Origin: Octopus sinensis
Taxonomy: Eukaryota
Assembly: GCF_006345805.1 (NCBI RefSeq)
Contig: NC_043003.1
Coordinates: 32,736,001-32,800,000 of the forward strand
Direction: 5' to 3'
Length of the DNA: 64,000 nt
Shown here: positions 1-12,382 of the stretch, piece after piece
Numbering within the stretch: the first letter of the stretch is position 1
Layout: each line of letters opens with the position of its first letter
Made by a program: the position numbers and the translations under genes
Notes under the pieces: model-generated
Database searches by the model: none
What the model was told of the DNA's origin: nothing
The model's input: the letters and a program-made list of their open reading frames with translations, nothing else

Positions 1-263
1 TTTAGTATGGCATAATATTTGTAATTGTTTTGTTTCATTTCACCTTATTCAACTTGACATCATTTCCTGTCATTCTTGGGCAAGAGTTGAAGGAAAGTTC
101 CTTGAATATTTAGGCCATAAACTGGCTTAATCATAGAATCCAACAATCTGATATGGTCTGATTCCAAAAAGCTGGCAAACCATATTTACATATATATACA
201 TATAGATATACATACATTCACACAAGTAATACATACATATGTACATGCATACACACACACACC

Positions 264-708
264 CGAGGTGTGCTGCAAAGTTTCAGTCTTTGGGTAAAAG
301 AAAATACAAGAGGATCGGCTAATTATTAGTTATTTATTCAACATATTTCTCTCTCAGATTCACACACTTATTGCAGAGGTCCTTCAGTTTTTCTAAGCCC
401 TGTAAAAGAACTTGGAAGGCTGGGCCTCCAACCAGACCTTTCACAATATCCTTAACCCTTTCGTTACTGTATTTATTTTGAGATGTATTGTGTTTCTTTC
501 AATTAATTTTAAATAGAACAAAGAATTTAGTAAAGTAACTTAGTTATCATTCAACTAGTGTTAGGAACATAAATTTTGACTAAGGTTTGGTGGAAGATTT
601 TTAATTCAAAACTTATGAAAACAAGACATTTGTACTTCAGAGTCAGAGCCGGTTTCAGCCGGGTTGGTAATGAAAGAGTTAAAGCCAGGAACTTTTCAGC
701 ACCCCCTT
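264..708. mobile_element. mariner-type MITE, interrupted by a TTAA MITE
   Basis: Ends cgaggtgtgctgcaaagttt... / ...ggaacttttcagcaccccc; a second copy of the family lies at 10282-10499. Confidence 0.7.
452..682. mobile_element. piggyBac-type MITE (TTAA-CCCTTT...AAAGAG-TTAA)
   Basis: TTAA at 452-455 and 679-682; short TIR ccctttcgttac/gtaatgaaagag; near-identical copies at 4095-4304 and 14622-14852. Confidence 0.85.
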
Positions 709-740
709 GTGTGTTTGTATATATATATATATATATTACA

Positions 741-1520
<780 letters not shown>

Positions 1521-2049
1521 CATTTATCACTTCACGAAAAATATGTAGCCTGTCCATCTAATTGCACAGTTCACTGAAATATTTCAGATTGTTGAAATGA
1601 GGACTAACTTCCTCATGTACATGTGTGTATGTACATATATATCACATCCAGTTGGATCCCATTCATCTGGTTTCTCCTTACTTCCTTGTACCCCTATCAT
1701 CATCTCTACATTACAGTTTTCTTTTAAAATTGTGTGTGCATATGCATCTGTATATCTATCTATTTCTCCCTCCTCTTTCTCTCTCTCCCCTCATATATAT
1801 ATAACACAAATTGTATTTCCTACAATCTTATCTCTTCCCTTACATCACTAACGTTTTTCAGGAAACCATGAACATCACACTGTCTCATTTCACTTCTCAT
1901 ACAGAACTAAACTCTTATCTCATTTAAAATATAAATTTTTCATATTTTATATTCCTTCACTGTTCATTATGAATATTTGTATCATATTTTTGCATTTTTT
2001 GTATTTAAATTTTAAAATTTTTACCATAATTTTTAAATCCTAGCACATT

Positions 2050-2460
2050 ACATATATTTATATGTGTGCATGTATGTATGTATATATGCATGTATGTATA
2101 TGTGTATGTATATATGTGCATGTATGTATGTATATATGTGTATGTATGTGTATATATATATGTGTGTGTGTACGTACATATAACCATACATACATATGTA
2201 TGTTTTTATATATTCATATCTATAATAATATATAGCTATGTATATACAGACGTACACACATTTATAGACATATATACTTATATATACACATATACATATA
2301 CATATACATAAATATACACATATACATTTATACACACATACATACACACACATGGACATACATATGTGCACACACACAACACATACACATGCATATACAT
2401 TTGTTTCACCTGAACAAATGTATCTGTAAATCATCAGTTTCAAGTAGCACACACACGCAC
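2050..2460. repeat. Degenerate (TA/TG/CA)n compound microsatellite
   Basis: Direct inspection; source of the spurious Y/I/C/V-rich ORFs. Confidence 0.9.
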
Positions 2461-3784
2461 ATATTTCTTCACTCACTCTACCAAGTTTTCTATACTACAT
2501 TTGTTGTCATAATGCCAACCTGGGCTTTACGCTTAACAGGAAAATACCTTCCATAAGCAAACATGGCATAATATCTTCTCTCTGTACACATCAAGTCTCT
2601 TGTGTGTGACTAAACAAGTGAATGATAGCTTTATTGGAATTGTGTCTCCAATTTGAGGCATTGTTAGCTGCTGTGTTTGTCACTTCATTAACAAAAAAAA
2701 TTTACCATGTCCATTTAATTACACAGTTCAATTAAATATTTCAAATTGTTAAAATAATGACTACCTCCCCCATGTAATGGCATTCTTAAAATTTTATTAC
2801 TAATATTGTTATTATTATTATTATATTATTATTATTTTATTATTATTATTATTATTATATTTTTGGCTCTTTATGTTCAAATTCTGGTGAAGTTAATTTT
2901 ACCTTTCGTCCTTTTTGGGGTTGATAAATTAAGTATCAGTCAGGCGTTGTGGTCAGTGTAATTGCCTTTCCCACTCCCCTCAAAATTTCAGGTCTTGTGT
3001 CTATACTATAAAAAATTATTGGTATTAAGGTGGGAAACTGGCAGAATCATTAACATACCATACAAAATGCTTAACAATATTTTGTTTGTCGTCATGTTCT
3101 GAGTTCAAATTCCACCAAGGTTGACTTTGTGATTCATTTGTTCAGGGTCAATATAAGTACCAGCTGAATACTCATGTTTGGGGTTTGTACCTATAGTAGA
3201 AAGGATGATGATGATGATTATTATTATTAAGGCAGGAAGTTGGCAGAATTGTGAGCACACTCAGCAGAAGGCTTTGCTGCATTTCACCCATCTTTACATT
3301 CTCAGTTCAAATCTGCTGGGGTCAACTTATCCTTTCATTCTTTTGGAATTGATAAAATAAGTACCAGTTGGGGACTGGGGTTGATGGAACTGACTTAACC
3401 GCTTAACCAAAATTGCTGGCCATGTGCTAAAATTTGAAATTATTATTAATCGAAGGTCGACTTTGCCTTTCATCCTTTTGTGGTTGATAAATTAAGTACC
3501 AGTCAAATACTGGGGTCGATGTGATCAACTTACCCCCTCTCCCAAAATTTCAGGCATTATGTCTACAGTAGAAAGGATTATTATTAATATTAAGGCAGAG
3601 TTGTTAGCATGTTGTGCAGAATGCTTAGTGGCATTTCATCCATTTTTATGCTCTAAGTTCAAATTTCACAGAGGTTGACTTTGCCTTTGATCCTTTTGAG
3701 GTCAATTAAGTAAGTACCAGTTACCTTCTGGGGTCAATACACTCGACTTATTCCCTCCCTGCATAGTAGAAAGGATTATTATTA

Positions 3785-5388
3785 TTTTTTGGGCTTTTGC
3801 TTTGTATTTGTACAAGTTGACTCCAAGTCTCACCCAGAGACCTCAAGAAACAACAAGTTAGAAGTTCAAGTTGGTGTTATAACTAAGGTGCCATATTTTA
3901 GGTTCTGCACAAAGTATTATTTGAATTCAGTTTTGCACAGAGTATTGTTCTAGAGAATGTCTGTCAAAACATAAGTAAATTAGAAGTTTGTTTTAAAAGT
4001 AATTTGATTGTAAGATGATAGTCTGATGTTAAGATGACAGTAAAAGGTATTTGCTGTTATGTACATTCAAAGTATTTTGACACTGTTTATGGATTTAACC
4101 CTTTTGTTACTGTATTTATTTTGAGATGCTTTGTGCTTCTTTCAATTACTATAAATATAACAAAGAATTTCGTAAAATGACTTGGTTATCATTCAGCTAG
4201 TATTAGGAACATAAATTGTGACTAAGTTTTGATGGAAGATTTTAATTCGAAACTTTTGAAAACAGGACATTTACTCAGAGCCGGGTTGGTAACGAAAGGG
4301 TTAAATAGTTTTGGGATTACATAGACAATATTTTACAAGGCGGTGAGCTAGCAGAAACATTAGCATGCCAGGTAAAATGCTTAGCGGTATTTCATCTGTC
4401 TTTACATTCTGAGTTCAAGATCCACTGAGGTTGACTTTGCCTTTCATCTTTTCAGGGTAGATAAATTAAGTACCAGTTGCATACTGGGGTTGATCTAATC
4501 AACTGGCCCCCTCCTCAAAAATTTTGGGCCTTGTGCCTAGCGTAGAAAAGAATATTTTACATAGGATATGGGCAGTTCCAATGAGCACTATATTTTTAAT
4601 TTCTTCTGTTTTTGGATTTCCTGGTATCTGAGCTAGGTAGCAATCAGCCCCTTTTACTATCATTCCTAGGGTGCCTATGACAACAGGTATTGTTTTAGTC
4701 TTGAGGTTCCACATTTTGCCAATTACCATTTCAAGATCTTTATACTTGCAGTTTTTGGTAGGTCTTGACATGCATTTATGTTGATTGGGACAGTTATATC
4801 AAGGAGGAGGCATGATTTTTGTCTGAAATCCTTCAATATAATGTCTGGCCTATTTGCATCTATCTTTCTGTCAGTTTGAACAGGGAAGTTCCAAAGGAGC
4901 GAGATGTGATCATTTTCAAGCACTGGTGGTGGTTTGTGTTCCCACCAGTTTTTATCATGGGGCAGGTCCAAGTCTTTCCAAATTACCCAGTGAATATACT
5001 GTGCTGCTCTACCATGCTTATAAAAATTCTCTTTAGTATGATGTTTTCTTGTTTTTATGCTTTAAGACAAGTTTTAACATCCAGTCATCAGAGTTTTTCA
5101 GGTAGGTGTTTAGGCTAATTGTGGCAATCTTCATTATTAATTCCAGTTGTAAAAGTGCATGGCCACCCTCTTTTCTTGACAGATAAAGTTGTTTTATATC
5201 TGCCCTAGGGTGGTGCATTCTATGCATTGTCAACAATTTTCATATTTTCTGTCAAGATTGCAGATTTTAGTAATTGACCAGTAGATCACGACTGATATGG
5301 TTAAAGTATTGATCTTTTCGATCCTGTTTCTTGCATTCAGCTCTGTCTTGAGTATTGCCCTTTAGCTACAATAACATTCTTTACTGAT
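3785..5388 (-). mobile_element. 5'-truncated R4/Dong-like non-LTR retrotransposon (restriction-like endonuclease), degenerate, with nested MITE and SINE
   Basis: Minus-strand peptides HPRADIKQLYLSRKEGG, YIHW..., LLWNFPVQTDRKIDANRPDIILKD...LDITVP and KYKDL...IPVVIGTLG (RLE PD..D motif). The 3'UTR ends in (TAA)n. The SINE at 4338-4550 is flanked by an 11-bp TSD aatattttaca. Confidence 0.85.
4095..4304. mobile_element. piggyBac-type TTAA MITE copy
   Basis: TTAA-CCCTTTTGTTAC...GTAACGAAAGGG-TTAA. Confidence 0.85.
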
Positions 5389-6959
5389 CATCAGTATTAT
5401 TGTTATTATTGCCGTTGTTGTTGTTATTAAGGTGGTGAGCTAGCTGAATCATTAGAATGCCGGGCAAAATGCTGCTACGTTCTGAGTTCAAATTCCGCTG
5501 AGGTCGACTTTACCTGTCATCCTTTCAGCATTGATGAAATAAGTACCAGTTACACATTGGGGTTGAAGTAATCGACTATCCCCTCCCCCAAATTTTCAGG
5601 CCTTGTGCCTACAGTAGAAAGGAATATTAATTTTATCATCAACATCATCATTATTATTATTATTATTATTATTATGATTGTTGTTGTTAAGGTGGCAAGC
5701 TGGCAGAATTGTTAGTGCATTAGGAAAAACGCTGAATGGCATTTCATCCATCTTTACATTCTCAGTTCAAATTCCACCAAGGTTGACTTTGCCTTTCATC
5801 CTTTCAGGTTGATAAATTAAGTACCAGTGAAGCACTGGGATCAATGTAATCAACTGGTCTCCTCCCACAAAATGTCAGGCTTTGTGCCCCTAGTAGAAAG
5901 GATTATTATTATTATTATAATTATTATTATTATTATTAAGACAGTGAGCGAGCTGGCAGAATCATTAGCACACCAGACAAAATTGTTAGCAGCATTTCAT
6001 CCGTCTTTACATTCTGAATTCAAATTCTCCCATGGTCAAATTTGCCTTTCATCCTTTCAGGGTTGATAAATTAAGTACTGGGTCAGTGTAATCAACTGGT
6101 CCCCTCCCCCAATATTTCAGGCCTTGTGCCTTTAGTATAAAGAATTATAATTATTATTATCATCATATGAGAATTAAAGGCAGTGAGTTGGTAGAATTGT
6201 TAGAGCATTAGACAAAATAACTGACAGTATTTCTGAGTTCAAATTCCACTTATATCAACCTTGCCTTTCATCCCTCCAGGTCAATAAATCAACTACCAGT
6301 CAAGTACTGGGATTGTTAATGACGACTATGCTCTACACATCAAATTGCTGGCCTTGTGCCTAAATCAGAAACCATTATAACATTAAAATGATAAACAATT
6401 TTTTTTGTCTTTCTACTACTGAAATTATAACTGCATTTAAATAAAAATTTGGGTTGATGTGGGTTGGGTCAAATTAATCAAAGCTATTACCAAGAATTCC
6501 ACTGATTCATTCTTTAGTGAGACCAAAATGTATTTAAGACTGCCGAGTTGTAATCCTTTCTCACATAGCTGAATGAATGAATCTGGGGAAATTGCTTTAA
6601 ATTGCTTTTTATCAAAATTCATTTTCAGATTTCATCCAAAGACAGATATACAATATAATGTTTCCTCATTTTAAAGCATCATTGTAATTTATTTTGGTAC
6701 ACACTGCTGATTACTTCCAGCATGTAATTATTCTAGCTGGAAATGCTTGTCCATTAATTTGTTCCAGTCTTTGTCTTTTATTACACAACACTTGGCAACA
6801 GGAATGTTAGTGGTGGTGGTGGTGGTGTTGTTGTATTTTATGTGGATGTCTTCTCCTTCCTTCTTTGAATTTTAAATTAAAATATTTACTCTTTACTTTT
6901 TATCTTCTGTTTTTGTGTTGACTTATTTAATAAATCATATTGGTGGATATTTGTGTTTC

Positions 6960-7003
6960 TGTATGTGTGTGTTTATATACATACCTGCATACATACATCT
7001 GTG

Positions 7004-7035
<32 letters not shown>

Positions 7036-7257
7036 CATATGTATACATATATATACATTATATACATATATATGCATATATATACACATATATACATATA
7101 TATACATATATATACACATATATACATATATATATACATATATACATATACACATATATACACACACATATATATATACAACACATATATATACACATAC
7201 ACACATTATATATATACACACATACATATACCCACACACACACACATATATACATAT
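6960..7257. repeat. (TA/CA)n compound microsatellite
   Basis: Direct inspection. Confidence 0.92.
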
Positions 7258-7562
7258 CATCATCATTTAATGTCCGCTTTCCATGCTAGCATGGGTTGGA
7301 TGATTTGACTGAGGACTAGCGAACAAGATGGCTGCACCAGGCTCCAATCTGATCTGGTAGAGTTTCTATAACTGGATGCCCTTCCTCATGCCAACCACTC
7401 TGAGAGTGTAGTGGGTGATTTTACGTGCCACCGGCACAAGGGTCAGTCAGTCAGTACTGGCAACAGCCACGCTCAAATGGTGTTTTTTACATGTCACCTG
7501 CACAGGAGTTAGTCCAGCAGCAGTGGCAACGACCTAGATCAAATGTTTTTTTCATGTGCCAG
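7256..7562 (-). mobile_element. 3' end of an RTE-type LINE (family C; (GAT)n tail)
   Basis: catcatcat-ttaatgtccgctttccatgctagcatgggttgg...ctggatgcccttcct. Same family at ~14909-15265, 24375-24730, 26903-27790, 40381-40940, 41385-41622, 46718-46930 and, in opposite orientation, 33050-33308, 37545-37795, 48270-48530. Confidence 0.8.
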
Positions 7563-9238
7563 ACAGTTCATAAGGTACACGATATGCAAAAGTTCTATAT
7601 CAAGATGTCGTGTCTCGGGCGGAGACCAGTTGGACGAATATTGTCGAGCCGCGGTTGTGGTCTCAACCGCCGAGCTGGTTCTCTTAATATAGAATTCTTC
7701 AGATGGACTGTTTTACTTGGTGAAGGGATTCACTCTAACAGCGTGGATCTGTGAAGTTGGTGTGTACATATCTGAAGAGGACGATGGTAGAGACGACTTG
7801 AAGTTGGTACAATGATGGTGACGATGGCGGCGGAGATAGAAGACGTTCTGTTGCGGGTGTGCTTAGCATCGTTGTAGCTGAAGCAGGAGCATGGCTGGTC
7901 GTCTGTCGCTGGAACTGGAACATGTTGAGTAGCTCTGTGGTCAGTGACTAGACATCAAAAGGTCTGAAGTCGAAAGACAAAGAATACTGAGAACAGTCCT
8001 TTATATACAAGAAAGGTGGCTCAACAGAGCCTAGGGAAAAGGATGTTATGAGACCTTAACCAAAGGCTGTGATTGGTTGGCTTTGAACAGTGGCGCGAAA
8101 TAAGTAGAGTCAAAACCGTGCCACATGTCAACCAATCAGATCAGTGGACACAACAGGAACAACCCGGCCAAAGATGGCTGTAATCTCAAATGAGATCATT
8201 CCTGCTGTGTCTCTCAAACTGTGAGGATATCAGATACTGCTACAGAGCCCCACGCCAGACGTTTTGTCGTAGACATAAAGGCGATAAAAAATGGGAGCGA
8301 AGATGATATCCGAACGGTTAGTCAAATAAACTGGCACTAGGTCACCTGTGGGGACATTCGAGTGAACGTAAGGCCCCTGAGGAATAATAATGGCTGCATG
8401 TTTGAAAACGGCGGGTCACTAGTGTAGGAAATACGACCGCATGTGAGGAGGTTGGTGACATAGGTAAGTCACACGGTCGCATCCCTAACGAAATAAGATA
8501 AGCCATAAATACAATTTATACAATACAGTGCCAACAGAATATAAATGAATGATGACAAGCCGTTCCACTGTTTGAGAGAAGATAAGATTTTATTTACAAG
8601 GTGTTAAGGTTAGAGAGTTGTGAGTGCTAGCAAGTGTTGTGTATGTGTGCATGCAACAAGTGTTTGTGTCTGTGTGTTTGTGTGTGTGACAGATACAGAT
8701 AAGGTGAATGCGTGTGACAGAAATACAGAGCATAGAGTTAATGATGGAATTTGGATTACAGTTCATAAGGTACACGATATGCAAGAGTTCTATATCAAGA
8801 TGTGTCTCGGGCAGAGACCGGTTGGGCGAATATTGTCGAGCCACGGTTGTGGTCTCAATCGCCGAGCTGGTTCTCTTAACATAGAATTTTTCAGATGAAC
8901 TGTAATCCAAATTCCATCATTAACTCTATGCTCTGTATTTCTGTCACACACATTCACCTTATTTATATCTGTCACACACACGAACACACAGACACTAACA
9001 CTTGTTGCATGCACACATACACAACACTTGCTAGCACTCACAACCCTCTAACCTTAACACCTTGTAAATAAAATCTTATCTTCTCTCAAACAGTGGAACG
9101 GCTTGTCATCATTCATTTATATTCTGTTGGCACTGTATTGTATAAATTGTATTTATGGCTTATCTTATTTCGTTAGGGATGCGACCGTGTGACTTAACTA
9201 TGTCACCAACCTTCTCACATGCGGTCGTATTTCCTACA
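7563..9238. mobile_element. Non-autonomous LTR retroelement (~1017-bp LTR, 178-bp internal domain), rearranged by an inversion
   Basis: LTR termini TGTAG (minus, 8244) and CTACA (8423 minus, 9238 plus). PBS-like TAGTGACCCG 1 nt after the LTR; G-rich PPT-like ggcgtggggctc before the LTR. TATAAA (minus, 8000-8005), CCAAT boxes, AATAAA at 9067-9072. Confidence 0.8.
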
Positions 9239-9240
9239 CA

Positions 9241-9510
9241 TTCATCAGAGCATACTGGCTTCATTCCTTGCAAGCTTACGCATGTCTTCAGCAGTCACAA
9301 CCCATGTTTTGCTGCCATGTAGCATAGCTGTTTGTTCACATGCGTCATACGGTCTACCTTTTACTCTTAGCGAGAGACCCTTTGTCACCAGCAGAGGTAA
9401 GAGCTCTCTGAACTTTGCCCAGGCTATTCTTATTCTAGCAGCTACACTTTCATTGCATCCTCCCCAGCTACTGACTTGGTCACCTAGGTAATGGAAGCTA
9501 TCAACTACTT
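9241..9510 (-). mobile_element. RTE-clade LINE RT C-terminal fragment
   Basis: Minus strand reads VVDSFHYLGDQVSSWGGCNESVAARIRIAWAKFRELLPLLVTKGLSLRVKGRPYDAC...MLHGSKTW. Confidence 0.85.
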
Positions 9511-9705
9511 GTAGTTTTCCTCCCTGGAATGTGGCAGAAGTTGTTCACACATTTTTAAAAAAGAAATAAGTGGAAACTCCACCGGTGAGCATGTTAAATC
9601 ACAAGGCACCAAAAGAGAATGACTCTCCCCAGACACGACAGTATATACTTCAACATACAAACTCACATAAAGAATCTTGCAAACCAAATCCAAAAACCAA
9701 ATATA

Positions 9706-10263
9706 TTGGGATGTCCAGAAAGTCCGTGTCGATTTTTAAAGGAAAGAAAAAGGTCAATAAATACTTGCCATTACATTTTTAATCAACAAAATATGAACCA
9801 TTTTGTAGCACAATGCGTCTCCATCTTGCCTTTAACTTGAAAATACCCTCTTCCCAGAATTGAGGTGGTTTCATGGCAAAGAATTCAAGGTATCTTTTTA
9901 CGTCATCCAAGGAATTGAAATTTTTACCATTAAGACTATTCTGCAGAGACCTGAATAGTGAAAATCCGAAGGAGCAATATCTGGAGAATATGGAGGGTGG
10001 GGACAAACATCCAGCCGAGCTGCAGCAATTTTTGTCTGGTTCCCAAAGCACAAATGCCAAAAATGAACTTTCTTATCTTCCATTTAAAGGGTTACAGAAT
10101 TAACACAGGTTATAGGAACATAAATCTTCTTCCACGAAAGATAGCTTAAACTGTGCTCTAAATGGAGGTGTAGTAAAATCCTATTTTCTGGACTTAACTA
10201 TGTACTAAAATAAGTCAAAAGTTAAGCTACTATAAATTGGCACAAACTTTCCGGACAACCCAA
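9706..10263 (-). mobile_element. Internally deleted mariner (DD34D) transposon
   Basis: TA-flanked TIRs ttgggatgtccagaaagtccgtgtcgattt / aaattggcacaaactttccggacaacccaa. Frameshifted PHPPYSPDIAPSDFH / LFRSLQNSLNGKNF...FWEEGIFKLKARWRRIVLQNGSYF. Confidence 0.92.
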
Positions 10264-10281
10264 TATATATATACATATATA

Positions 10282-10499
10282 CGAGGAGGTGGGCTGAAAA
10301 GTTCCTGGCCTTGGGTAAAAGGATATACAGGTGGATCAGCCACTTAAGACTTCATTCGACATATTCCATTCTCAGATTCGCATGCTTACTGCAGTGGCTC
10401 TTCAATCTTTCCAATCCCTGCAAAAGAACTCAGAAGGCTGGGACCCCAACCACACCCTTCGTGACACTCCTAAAGTCAGGAACTTTTCAGAACCTCTTG
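10282..10499. mobile_element. mariner-type MITE (same family as 264-708)
   Basis: ta-cgaggaggtgggctgaaaagttcctgg ... caggaacttttcagaacctcttg. Confidence 0.7.
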
Positions 10500-10773
10500 T
10501 GTATATATGTTCTTTTATTCTTTTACTTGTTTCAGTCATTTGACTGTGGCCATGCTTTTAGTCGAACAAATCAACACCAGGACTTACTCTTTGTAAGCCT
10601 AGTACTCATTCCATCGGTCTCTCTTGCCAAACTGCAAATGTATGGAAAACATAAACACACCAACATCAGTTGTTAATCGATGGTGGGGGACAAACACAGA
10701 CAGACAAACATACAATGTAATTATTCATTTTCATTCCAGGTGCCATTACATTAAACATTTGCAAAGAGTAACC

Positions 10774-11720
10774 ATGCCTCACACAAAAAATTCAGCAGAA
10801 CTATCAGATTTTCAGGGAGGTCGTATTGTTGGGCAATCTGAGGCTGGTCTTTGCCAGTGAAAAATTGCCGAAAATCTAATTCCTTTTGCTACTGTAAATA
10901 GAATTATAGAGCAATTCAAAAGCAAAGGAAAGCATCAACAGATTCTTGGCCTGGCTGACCTGGGCCCTTGGAAAGGAAGCTTCGTTGTAAGAAGAGAATT
11001 GTGGAAAACGAACCCCATTCAAATGCTTCTGATATTGCAAAACAGCTAGAAGTTAGTTCAAGAACATGTGTTACATATCTGCATAAGCTTGGATATTATG
11101 GAAGAGCCGCTAGAAGAAAACCTCTCCTTCAACCAATTAATATCATGAAAAGAAAGAAATAAGGAGATTCCAGAAAAACCAGTTCATTTTAGGATTGAGT
11201 GATTTTCTCAGATGAACCCAGATTTGCATTATTTTCAGACAGTAGACGTGTTTGGGTCTGGAAACTTCCCAATCAAGAATTTGATTTGAAACAACTCCAA
11301 CCAACTGTGAAACATGGCGATATCTCTGTAATGGTATGGGGAGCTGTCACCAGCAATAGCTGTTCTGAGCTGATTGAATGTGTTGGAACCATAAACTCTG
11401 AAAATACATCAAAATACTTAAGCAAGGACTACTTCTGATGTATTCACATAATAACATAACGAAAAATGAGTTTTTATTCATGGAAGATGGGGCTCCATGC
11501 CATACAGTGAAAAGGAATCAACAATGGCTGACTGAGAATGGGTTGAAAAAGCTTACTTGGCCCAGCCAATCTCTTGACATGAACTCAATTGAAAATCTTT
11601 GGAGTATATGAGATAGAGCTATACGAAAAACTCGACAGAAACCTAAAGCTAAAGGTGAATTCTTTTGATTGTTGCATGAAAAGTGAGCAGAAATTCCACA
11701 AAGCTCATCAGTTCAATGCC
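10774..11720 (+). pseudogene. Tc1 (DD34E) transposase pseudogene
   Basis: ATG at 10774, MPHTKNSAELSDFQGGRIVG; then [45 protein letters not shown] and WPSQSLDMNSIENLW across frames, with stops and frameshifts. Confidence 0.92.
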
Positions 11721-11729
11721 AAAAAGACA

Positions 11730-12382
11730 CGACATGTCAGGGGGATTTGCCAGGGCAGGTCCAATCCATAACATTACATGACATGTCAGATTCGCCAGAG
11801 GGGTAGCCCCAACCCATTACATTACATGACATGTCATGTCAGAGATTCGCCAGAGGGGCAGACTGAACCCATAACATTACATGACATGACTGAGATTCGC
11901 CAGAGGGGTAGACCCAATCCATAACATTACATGACATGTCAGATTCGCCAGAGGGGTAGACCCAACCCATAACATTAAATGACATATCAGATTAGCCAGA
12001 GGGGCAGGGCCAACCCATAACATTACATGGCATGTCAGATTCGCCAGAGGGGCAGACCCAACCCATAACATTACATGACATGTCAGATTTGTCCCAGGGG
12101 CAGACAAACCCATAACATTACATGACATATCAGATTCACCAGAGGGGCAGGGCCAATCCATAACATTACATGACATCAGAGGGGCAGAGCCAGCCCATAA
12201 CATTACATGGCATGTCAGATTCGCCAGAGGGGCAGGGCCAATCCATAACATTATGTGACATGTCAGATTCGCCAGAGGGGCAGGGTCAATCCATAACATG
12301 TCAGATTAGTCAGAGGGGCAGACAGACCCATAACATTACATGACATGTCAGATTTGCCAGAGGGGCAGACTGAACCCATAAT
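11730..12382. repeat. 48-bp minisatellite, ~13-14 units
   Basis: Unit ccataacattacatgacatgtcagattcgccagaggggcagacccaac. Confidence 0.95.

Larger units (their letters stand above)
2865..6378 (+). mobile_element. Head-to-tail array of ~10 copies of a tRNA-derived SINE (family B), separated by (TTA)n
   Basis: Repeated aaggcggtgagctggcagaa...gagttcaaattc (B-box-like)...gcctttcatcctttcggggtcgataaattaagtaccag...agaaaggattattatt at ~2865, 3027, 3229, 3450, 3592, 4337, 5429, 5689, 5938 and 6177. The central domain resembles the Meta/Nin-type SINE domain. Confidence 0.88.

Noticed and set aside
1630-1725. Minus-strand peptide EMMIGVQGSKEKPDEWDPTG looked protein-like
   Set aside because: No credible acceptor/donor pair and no recognisable homolog.
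2005-2476. ORFs rich in Y/I/C/V/H/T (also 6915-7308, 23752-24028, 61137-61388)
   Set aside because: Translations of (TA/CA/TG)n microsatellites; open in several frames on both strands.
11730-12382. Regular repeat array resembling CRISPR, or a 16-aa repeat protein (ORF 11877-12299)
   Set aside because: No unique spacers, eukaryotic context and no cas genes; the ORF exists only because the unit is 48 bp and stop-free in one frame.
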